Source: Candidatus Micrarchaeota archaeon
GTDB lineage: Archaea; Micrarchaeota; Micrarchaeia; Anstonellales; Bilamarchaeaceae
DNA length: 17,338 bases
Assembly (NCBI GenBank): GCA_018304385.1
Contig: JAGVWJ010000056.1
Span: forward strand, 1 to 17,338
Direction of reading: 5' to 3'
In this document: in pieces, positions 7,629 to 14,036 of the stretch
Layout of the letters: every line of letters starts with the position of its first letter
How positions within the stretch are numbered: the stretch's first letter is position 1
Made by a program: the position numbers and the translations under genes
Notes under the pieces: model-generated
The model's input: only the letters and a program-made list of their open reading frames with translations
The model's database searches: none
Told to the model about the DNA's origin: nothing

Positions 7629-7842
7629 AAAAGTTGAGCGTGCGTTCTCAATACCAAGGGGATTACTCGCGTATAATATATTCTATGCACCACAGATAGT
7701 TGATGCTATAAAAAATTGGGTGCATAGTGATAACACATTTATTCAGAACTTAATGAGCACAGCATCCTCTTTGAGATTCCTAATAGCAACCATAGTTGTG
7801 AAAATAGGAATAGACATATACAATAGGCATAAAACTAGCTAA
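7606..7842 (+). pseudogene. Start-less +1-frame continuation of ORF 6648-7628
   Basis: 78 sense codons (QQHNSGPEKVERAFSIPRGLLAYNIFYAPQIVDAIKNWVHSDNTFIQNLMSTASSLRFLIATIVVKIGIDIYNRHKTS*). They overlap the end of the upstream ORF and fill the gap to the ftsY stop. No early ATG or RBS. Confidence 0.65.
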
Positions 7843-9265
7843 GAATTCTATCAACTATTGCATGCGCATCGAATTTTTCTAAATCCTCATATCTTTGACC
7901 AGTACCTAAATAAATTATTGGAATTCCTGTAACCTTAGATATTGATAGAACTGTTCCGCCTTTTGCATCGCAATCCAATTTGGTAAGTATAACCGCATCA
8001 ACGCCTATTCCTTTATTAAATTCGCTCACTTGCGAAATAATCGCATTGCCGGCAATGCTTTCACCAATATATATTTTCAAATTAGGCTGTATCACGCGCT
8101 GCATTTTTTTCATCTCATTTAAAAGATTAAAATTGGTTTCCTGACGACCTGCGGTATCTATTAGTACTACATCAATACTATGCGCATTTGCATAGTTTAT
8201 TGCATCATATGCAACTGCTGTAGGATCGCTACCGTATTCACGTTTTATTATTTTTATCTCCAAGCGCTCGGCGTGCGTTGCTAACTGTTCTATGGCAGCT
8301 GCCCTAAATGTATCTGCTGCTGCAAGCACAACCTTATTGCCATTTTGCATAAGCATTTTTGCTATCTTCGCAATCGTGGTTGTTTTTCCGCTGCCGTTCG
8401 TTCCTAAAAATAATATCTTAACTGGCTTTTGATATGTTTTAATAATATCAACTACATCGAATATTTTATCATTAGAAATAATGTTGAGAAGGGATTCTTT
8501 TATTGCATTTTTTATAAAATTATTTAATTCGGATTTTTTTATTTTTTTACCAACTAGCTTTTCTTCAAGCTCTTGTTTGATTATTTCGGCAACTTCCATT
8601 GCAACATCGCTTTCAATTAGCTCCAGCTCAAGGCTATCCAACATTTCGCGTACATCATTTTTTCCTATTTCGATTTCTCCAGTAAATATACTTTTTAAAT
8701 GACCGAGAAGGCCTATTTTTACCTCTTTTTCTTTTGGCTTCTCCTCTTTTGTTATTGGCGGGAGAGGTTTTTGCTCGATTTTGCGTTCTATTTCAATAAC
8801 TGGTTTAGTTTCTACCTCCTTTTCGATTTTCGGCTCAATGGTCTTTGGTTGTATTACTACTTCTGATTTTTTTTCTATTTCTCTCTTCACTTTTTCTGGT
8901 TTAATTTCAGGTGGTTTTTCTATCCTTTTTTCTGGGAGCCTTTCGATTTTCTTTTCTAAGGGTTTAGGTTCTTCCTTTTTCTGCTCTGGTATCTTCTCCT
9001 CTTTTAATTTTAATTCTTCGATCTTAGGTTTTTCTTCTATTTTCTCCTCCTTAATTTCTTCTTTTACTTCTGGCTTAACAATTGCCTCTGGCTTTTTTTC
9101 TTCTAACTGCGCAGATTGCTCTATTTTTTCCTCGATGGGTTGTACTGGTGTTTCTTTAATTTCTTCTACTGTTGGAGCTGGAATCTCTTTCTCCTCTTTA
9201 AGCTCTTCCTTGCCAGTAATCTTATTTATAAAACCAGAAATTTTCTTTTTTAAGAAGTCGAACAA
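7835..9265 (-). CDS. ftsY: Signal recognition particle receptor FtsY with long Lys/Glu/Pro-rich N-terminal region
   Basis: GTNGSGKTTTIAK, AADTFRAAAIEQL, DTAGR, TKLDCDAKGG, GTGQRYEDL. Start placed at TTG 9265 (MFDFLKKKIS, typical of archaeal FtsY; GTGAT upstream) rather than ATG 9319. Confidence 0.96.
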   Translation of the reverse strand: MFDFLKKKISGFINKITGKEELKEEKEIPAPTVEEIKETPVQPIEEKIEQSAQLEEKKPEAIVKPEVKEEIKEEKIEEKPKIEELKLKEEKIPEQKKEEPKPLEKKIERLPEKRIEKPPEIKPEKVKREIEKKSEVVIQPKTIEPKIEKEVETKPVIEIERKIEQKPLPPITKEEKPKEKEVKIGLLGHLKSIFTGEIEIGKNDVREMLDSLELELIESDVAMEVAEIIKQELEEKLVGKKIKKSELNNFIKNAIKESLLNIISNDKIFDVVDIIKTYQKPVKILFLGTNGSGKTTTIAKIAKMLMQNGNKVVLAAADTFRAAAIEQLATHAERLEIKIIKREYGSDPTAVAYDAINYANAHSIDVVLIDTAGRQETNFNLLNEMKKMQRVIQPNLKIYIGESIAGNAIISQVSEFNKGIGVDAVILTKLDCDAKGGTVLSISKVTGIPIIYLGTGQRYEDLEKFDAHAIVDRILS

Positions 9266-9273
9266 GTTATCAC

Positions 9274-9336
9274 GGTTATGAGTTCGGAGTTGCGAGTTTT
9301 GAGTTAACTCATAACCCATTACTCATTACCCAAAAC
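9274..9336. repeat. Head-to-head degenerate heptamer arrays forming an imperfect inverted repeat
   Basis: GGTTATG AGTTCGG AGTTGCG AGTTTTG AGTT | AACTCAT AACCCAT TACTCAT TACCCAA, centred on the palindrome GAGTTAACTC (9301-9310). Perfect 11-bp IR GGTTATGAGTT (9274-9284) / AACTCATAACC (9306-9316). Confidence 0.8.
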
Positions 9337-9783
9337 TTAAACATAATCTTCTCCTATATTCTCATCTACGCGCTTATTAATCGCGTCCTGTGTCTGTATT
9401 TCTCTAAGCTGGGCATTTAACTCTCTTAATTTAATGGAAACCTTCTGAAATTCTTCTGATAGTTTCTCAACTGCTTTTTTAGTTGCTTCTATGCGTTTGT
9501 TCATTTCTGTGACTGCACTTTCCTTATCCATCTCAACAAGATAATTAGCACCAACTGGCACTAGAATGTTTGTATTGTAAACGCTTGCTTTTAGAAAAGC
9601 ACCACCACCTATTGGTGAGAGCACATCCTCTTGTTTAACTTGCTGAGCTGTAGTGACTGCATTGCTCAAATCAATTGTAGTAAGATTTATTCTATCTACT
9701 TCTTTTTGTAGCAAGCGTAACTGCTCTTTATATACTGCAGCTTCATAAGAAATCTGCGTACGTGCATTATTTCCATTTGCCAT
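9337..9783 (-). CDS. pfdA: Prefoldin subunit alpha
   Basis: Coiled coil - LSPIGGGAFLKASV...ILVPVGANYLVE beta hairpins - coiled coil. Canonical position between rpl18a and ftsY. Start at ATG 9783, with GAGG upstream and 1 nt after the rpl18a stop. Confidence 0.93.
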   Translation of the reverse strand: MANGNNARTQISYEAAVYKEQLRLLQKEVDRINLTTIDLSNAVTTAQQVKQEDVLSPIGGGAFLKASVYNTNILVPVGANYLVEMDKESAVTEMNKRIEATKKAVEKLSEEFQKVSIKLRELNAQLREIQTQDAINKRVDENIGEDYV

Positions 9784-9784
9784 A

Positions 9785-9958
9785 TTATTTAACCTCATTA
9801 ACAGAAGATATTTTTATCATACTCCTCTTCACTTTATTATGAGATCCGAAAAAAGCATAAACTCTTTCCTTTGCTGCATTTGCTGTGGTTGTATCTACTT
9901 TTTTAGAAAATTTTCTCCATTCTTCTAATTTTATTTCACCATTAATTAAAAATTTCAT
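9785..9958 (-). CDS. rpl18a: 50S ribosomal protein L18Ae/LX (eL20)
   Basis: Manual translation: MKFLINGEIKLEEWRKFSKKVDTTTANAAKERVYAFFGSHNKVKRSMIKISSVNEVK (57 aa). F.K.V......A.ERVY..FGS.NK.KR..I.I..V motif, AGGTGG RBS, canonical position. Missing from the ORF track. Confidence 0.93.
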   Translation of the reverse strand: MKFLINGEIKLEEWRKFSKKVDTTTANAAKERVYAFFGSHNKVKRSMIKISSVNEVK

Positions 9959-9973
9959 TTTTCCACCTGTTAT

Positions 9974-10008
9974 TAGCTGTTAGCTACTAGCCACGAGCCA
10001 CTTGCTAA
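9974..10008. repeat. Degenerate heptamer tandem array
   Basis: TAGCTGT TAGCTAC TAGCCAC GAGCCAC TTGCTAA between the eIF6 stop and the rpl18a start. Confidence 0.7.
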
Positions 10009-10011
10009 GGG

Positions 10012-10680
10012 CTATTTAATATAACCCAGCGCTTCTTCAACTCGCCCAAGTTCAAACCCACTTGAAAGCTCACCTGCAAGATAGCCATTCTTGTTGTGAA
10101 TAACACCATATGAAATAAAACCAACACCCATATTAATACTACCTTTTAATCCATTTATTTTTAATTTCTTTTTAATGTCATCCAGCTCAGATTCGCTTGT
10201 ATTAAAGTGTGCAAGAAAGCCATCATTATTAGCAATACATGCACTACCAACTGTACTATAGTTTGCTATTTTTCCTTCAAAGATCTCTATGCCAAGCGTA
10301 TCTTGAATATTCTTTATTTCTTCTTTGCTTATATTACTGTTAATTAAAGCACCTTTATCATTTAGCAATAAGTTATTGCCAAGCGCATTGTTTTTATCTT
10401 TAGAAATATAAACATTTAACCCTGTTTCTTTTACTGCCGAGATTTCCGCTGCTGTTGCCACATTTGGAAGTACCACACCATTTGAGTTCATTGCTATATA
10501 TATACCTAATAAATTTGAGTCGCTTATTGAAACCCGAACAACGTTTGTTTTTAGGTTTTCTGATATTTTTTTTACAAGTTTGTCTGGAGTATCTAATGGA
10601 ACAAAGGTTGTCTCATCATTTGTTTTTATGAACATTCCAATCCAAGGATTTCCAAAATAAGCGCACAACTTATCTATCAT
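10012..10680 (-). CDS. eif6: Translation initiation factor 6 (aIF6/eIF6)
   Basis: GNPWIGMF, SDSNLLGIYIAMNSNGVVLP, NALGNNLLLNDKGALI, STVGSACIANNDGFLAH, GSINMGVGFI, SSGFELGRVEEALG. Confidence 0.96.
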   Translation of the reverse strand: MIDKLCAYFGNPWIGMFIKTNDETTFVPLDTPDKLVKKISENLKTNVVRVSISDSNLLGIYIAMNSNGVVLPNVATAAEISAVKETGLNVYISKDKNNALGNNLLLNDKGALINSNISKEEIKNIQDTLGIEIFEGKIANYSTVGSACIANNDGFLAHFNTSESELDDIKKKLKINGLKGSINMGVGFISYGVIHNKNGYLAGELSSGFELGRVEEALGYIK

Positions 10681-11135
10681 TTCTTTTCAGCCACTTTATT
10701 TTCTTCTTTCTTTGGTTCTTCTAGCTTCTTGTTGGTTGCTTCAGGTTTTTTGTTCTCTTGTTTCGTCTCTGGTTTTTTTGCATCCTTAGGGGTTGCGCTA
10801 GGCTTGCCCTCTTGCACTTCCTTCTTTGGTTCCGCTTTCTTCTCTTCCTTCTTCTGTTCTGGTTTTTTCTCTTCTGGTTTCTCATCTTGTAAATATACCT
10901 TTACCTTACCATCTTCTCTTACTGCGCGCACCTTTACTTTACGCGGTGGACGCTGCATACTATACTGCCAAATAAATGCATTTAATGCATTGCTTATAGA
11001 AACCTGCTCGGATTTCATATGTCTAGTCACAAAGCTGCGCAATAAGTTTACTGCACGCCTAGCACGCTTTGTGCGTATTGCATCATATGCCTTTGTTAAC
11101 GGAATAGTGTATATACGTTCTAATTTGTCAACCAT
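10677..11135 (-). CDS. rpl31e: 50S ribosomal protein L31e with ~69-aa charged C-terminal tail
   Basis: ERIYTIPL.KA.....KRARRAVNLLRSFVTRHMK...V.IS..LN.FIW..SMQRPPRKVKVR, followed by a K/E/P-rich tail. The stop overlaps the eIF6 start (ATGA). Confidence 0.96.
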   Translation of the reverse strand: MVDKLERIYTIPLTKAYDAIRTKRARRAVNLLRSFVTRHMKSEQVSISNALNAFIWQYSMQRPPRKVKVRAVREDGKVKVYLQDEKPEEKKPEQKKEEKKAEPKKEVQEGKPSATPKDAKKPETKQENKKPEATNKKLEEPKKEENKVAEKK

Positions 11136-11137
11136 AA

Positions 11138-11296
11138 TTATTCCTCAGTTCTTAATTTATCTGTTCTCCAATTTCTTCTTACCTTATTTTGTGTAAATCT
11201 GCGCTTTGATCTTAAATAAACAAATGGAGGTAAGCGATGGTTTTTTCGCTCTGCATTTGCAAGCTTTAGTTTTTTAGATAGAGTTTTTTTACCCAT
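11138..11296 (-). CDS. rpl39e: 50S ribosomal protein L39e
   Basis: Manual translation: MGKKTLSKKLKLANAERKNHRLPPFVYLRSKRRFTQNKVRRNWRTDKLRTEE (52 aa), with the K.KLA.A.R.N..LP.FV..RS.RR....RRNWR signature. Missing from the ORF track. Confidence 0.95.
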   Translation of the reverse strand: MGKKTLSKKLKLANAERKNHRLPPFVYLRSKRRFTQNKVRRNWRTDKLRTEE

Positions 11297-11301
11297 GGAA
11301 T

Positions 11302-11613
11302 TCACTTTCTTTCAAAACTTATTTTTGTTTCCTTTTCATTGCTCTCTTTTAATCTTCTTAATAGTGTTAATAACTCATTATCAGTTATTTTCCTTTCAAT
11401 ACGCTTGTAAATACCAAGTATATTCTGCGCTGCTGCAAGAAACAATTGTGGGTTTGCAAGCTTTACATTTGTTATTCTATTATACGCAGCTTCTTCAAGT
11501 ACAATGCGAAGCGTTGTTTTTAGCTGCTCTTCAGCTTTTCTTGCTTCCATAAGGCGTTGCTGTTCAGCATGCTTTTTCTTCCTTACATGCGCTACTCCTT
11601 CTTCCTCGCCCAT
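11302..11613 (-). CDS. PDCD5/TFAR19-like double-stranded DNA-binding protein
   Basis: QLKTTLRIVLEEAAYNRITNVKLANPQL....Q.....Y....RKITDNELL.LL.........KI.F.RK. Conserved position after rps19e. Confidence 0.9.
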   Translation of the reverse strand: MGEEEGVAHVRKKKHAEQQRLMEARKAEEQLKTTLRIVLEEAAYNRITNVKLANPQLFLAAAQNILGIYKRIERKITDNELLTLLRRLKESNEKETKISFERK

Positions 11614-11626
11614 CCAATCCCCATTA

Positions 11627-11710
11627 CTATTCTTCGGCCCATTGATCTAGAAGTTCGGAGAACTTCTCGAGATTTGCCCATAGGGCAAACCGATCCGCCG
11701 ATCGTTCCAT
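11627..11710 (-). other. Structured intergenic element (three tandem hairpins) overlapping a 27-codon ORF
   Basis: Hairpins AGAAGTTC-gga-GAACTTCT (11649-11667), TTTGCCC-ata-GGGCAAA (11673-11689) and CGATC-cgcc-GATCG (11691-11704). ORF MERSADRFALWANLEKFSELLDQWAEE* whose ATG overlaps the rps19e TGA (TGATG). Confidence 0.6.
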
Positions 11711-12117
11711 CAGCCTGTTTCCTTTGCAACGCCATCTAGAAATTTTCTTCCTTTTGCTGTAAGTGTTCTGCCGACTTTTTGTTTTGATAGTAATCCTGCT
11801 TTCTCAAGCAATTGCATTGCCTTTCTTATTATTTTACCGCCAGCTTTCTTGTTATGCTGCGGCCTTACACCACGGTTTTTTCTTCCGCCATAGTGTGTTC
11901 TTAGCTTATTAACGCCAATATTACCGCGAATATAAGCCTGTCTTAGAACAGATGCGCATCGGAAATACCAAAAGTCAGCATTCTCTGGTGGACGCTCTGC
12001 ATGCGCACCGCTTTTTACAAATGATACGAATTCTGGTTTTTCCAGTTTCATATCCTTTAGTTTATGTGCTGTTTTTTCTATTAGTTTATTCGCTTCGACA
12101 TCTAACGCTGTAACCAT
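11710..12117 (-). CDS. rps19e: 30S ribosomal protein S19e
   Basis: KPEFVSFVKSGAHAERPP...DFWYFRCASVLRQAY..G.IGV.KLRTHYGGRKNRGVRP.H..KAGGKIIRKAMQ.LEKAGL. GGTGAT RBS at 12129-12124. Confidence 0.97.
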   Translation of the reverse strand: MVTALDVEANKLIEKTAHKLKDMKLEKPEFVSFVKSGAHAERPPENADFWYFRCASVLRQAYIRGNIGVNKLRTHYGGRKNRGVRPQHNKKAGGKIIRKAMQLLEKAGLLSKQKVGRTLTAKGRKFLDGVAKETG

Positions 12118-12227
12118 TCAAAAATCACCATCTTATAATAAGTATAGGGATACTATTTGGGGGCGTTAGGATTAAAAAGGTTCATTTTTCGATTGGTTTT
12201 AATTTCTGCCTTATTATATATGAAAAT

Positions 12228-13871
12228 ATGAAAACTTCTGATCTAATTGTAAAATGCCTAGAACGCGAACAAGTAGAATATATTTTTGGATTACCTGGAG
12301 AAGAAAATCTAGAACTAATGGAATCGCTATCTAATTCGCAAATAAAATTCATTACAATGAGGCATGAGCAGGGCGCTGCATTTGCTGCTGATCTTTACGG
12401 TAGAATAAAGCATAAACCTGGCGTTTGCTTATCAACGCTTGGGCCTGGTGCGCTTAATCTCGCAACAGGCGTAGCATCTGCTAACTTAGATCATTCTCCA
12501 TTAGTTGCAATAACAGGGCAGGCAGAATTCAAGCAATCCCATAGAGAAGTACACCAGTATGTTGATATTGTAAGTGCGTTCAAACCAATAACAAAATGGA
12601 ACGCGCGTATCGCAAGCGCAGATAGCGCACCAGAGATAGTAAGAAAGGCATTTTATATTGCTGAGAAAGAGAAGCAAGGCGCTACGCATATTGAATTGCC
12701 TAATGATATTGCAGCCGAACAAACAACTGCATTGCCATTAACTATAGCTGATAATGGTAGTGTTGCACCTGCTGATAAACTAATTGAACATGCAGCGAAG
12801 CTGATAAACGAGGCAAAATATCCCATAATACTAGCTGGTAATGGATTAATAAGAACAGAAACATGCGATGCACTAGTAGCTTTTGCAGAGTCAACTAATG
12901 TACCAGTTGCAAAAACATTCATGAGCAAGGGTTCAATACCTAGCGGTCATAAGCTATCACTTGGAACTATTGGTTTACAATCAAAAGATTATTTATTATG
13001 CGAGTTTGATCGCGCAGATGTTGTTATTACCATTGGTTATGACCTGGTAGAATACTCGCCAAATCATTGGAATGCTGAAAAAAATAAAAAAATAATTGAT
13101 ATTGATACTGTGCCAATAGAGTTTATTGATTCGCATTATGCGTTTGATGTTCAGTTGGTTGGAGATTTTAGAGTAATATTGGATAAACTTGCTAAGCAGA
13201 TTAAGAAAAGGGCTGAACCACAGCATACTAAAAAGCTTGAACAGCTGAAAGAATCTATTTATGGCCAGCGCGATCATTTTAAAGACAGTTTTCCGCTTAA
13301 GCCGCAGTTTATTTTGCATGCATTGCGCAGCGCGCTTGCTAAAGATGATATTCTTATTTCAGATGTTGGCGCGCATAAGCTGTGGATTGCACGGCTCTTT
13401 CCTACTTACGTTCCAAATACAGTAATTATTTCTAATGGATTTGCAAGCATGGGTATTGCTCTACCTGGTGCAATTGGTGCGAAATTAGCAGCGCCTGATA
13501 AGAGGGTAGTAGCAGTAAGCGGTGATGGTGGATTTGTAATGAACATGCAAGAATTAGAGACTGCTAAAAGATTAGGCATAAATTTCGTGAATGTAATTGT
13601 AAATGATAATGGGTATGGTGCAATAGAATGGACGCAGCAAAGGCATGATAAAAAGGTATTTGGAGTTAAGTTTGGCAATCCTGATTTTGTTAAGCTCGCA
13701 GAAAGCTTTGGTGCCAAAGGCTATCGCATTGAGCGAGCTAGCGAGCTTGAAGAGATTTTGAAAAATGCAATAAAGAATGATGAACTTGCTGTTATTGATG
13801 TGCCTGTGGATTATTCTGAGAACATGGTTTTGACTAAGAAATTAGGGCCGAATATATGTCAGGTGTTTTGA
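12228..13871 (+). CDS. Thiamine-diphosphate-dependent acetolactate synthase (large-subunit family)
   Basis: FGLPGEENL, RHEQGAAFAA, TLGPGALN, GLDHSPL-like segment, SDVGAHKLW, SNGFASMG..LPGAIGAKL, ThDP motif GDGGFVMNMQELETA...NDN.YG. No small regulatory subunit adjacent. Confidence 0.92.
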   Translation: MKTSDLIVKCLEREQVEYIFGLPGEENLELMESLSNSQIKFITMRHEQGAAFAADLYGRIKHKPGVCLSTLGPGALNLATGVASANLDHSPLVAITGQAEFKQSHREVHQYVDIVSAFKPITKWNARIASADSAPEIVRKAFYIAEKEKQGATHIELPNDIAAEQTTALPLTIADNGSVAPADKLIEHAAKLINEAKYPIILAGNGLIRTETCDALVAFAESTNVPVAKTFMSKGSIPSGHKLSLGTIGLQSKDYLLCEFDRADVVITIGYDLVEYSPNHWNAEKNKKIIDIDTVPIEFIDSHYAFDVQLVGDFRVILDKLAKQIKKRAEPQHTKKLEQLKESIYGQRDHFKDSFPLKPQFILHALRSALAKDDILISDVGAHKLWIARLFPTYVPNTVIISNGFASMGIALPGAIGAKLAAPDKRVVAVSGDGGFVMNMQELETAKRLGINFVNVIVNDNGYGAIEWTQQRHDKKVFGVKFGNPDFVKLAESFGAKGYRIERASELEEILKNAIKNDELAVIDVPVDYSENMVLTKKLGPNICQVF

Positions 13872-13997
13872 GTAACTGACTGAGTTACATCCTATTTGTA
13901 CTTTTATAAGTACACATTTCTAAGTTTTATGCTCCCCTGGCGTGCAGTCTGAATGGCATAAATAACAGAATAAGATATAATGTATATCCGTAAAATA

Positions 13998-14027
13998 AGT
14001 GCATAACTTTATAAATATGTATGCACT
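13998..14027 (+). promoter_or_regulatory. fic promoter: TATA box bracketed by an 8-bp inverted repeat (putative operator)
   Basis: AGTGCATA (13998-14005) - ac TTTATAAA tatg - TATGCACT (14020-14027). TATA at 14008-14015, 21 nt before ATG 14037. Confidence 0.65.
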
Positions 14028-14036
14028 AATAAGTAT

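Noticed and set aside
9266-9319. Annotated FtsY N-terminal extension MGYELTQNSQLRTHNRDN
   Set aside because: It is the translation of the heptamer repeat array; TTG 9265 gives a typical MFDFLKKK start with a GTGAT motif upstream.
9274-10008. CRISPR array interpretation of the intergenic repeats
   Set aside because: Units are 7 nt, degenerate and contiguous, with no spacers and no cas genes.
8481-11739. Plus-strand ORFs 8481-8702, 8781-9281, 10729-11196, 11295-11552, 11557-11739
   Set aside because: Antisense to ftsY, rpl31e/rpl39e, the PDCD5-like gene and the rps19e end. The Ser/Phe-rich ones are the mirror image of Lys/Glu-rich coding sequence.
13931-13960. GCTCCCCTGGCGTGCAGTCTG resembles the 5' end of an archaeal tRNA
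   Set aside because: No anticodon arm, T-loop or complementary acceptor strand follows; the similarity is too short to call a tRNA or att remnant.
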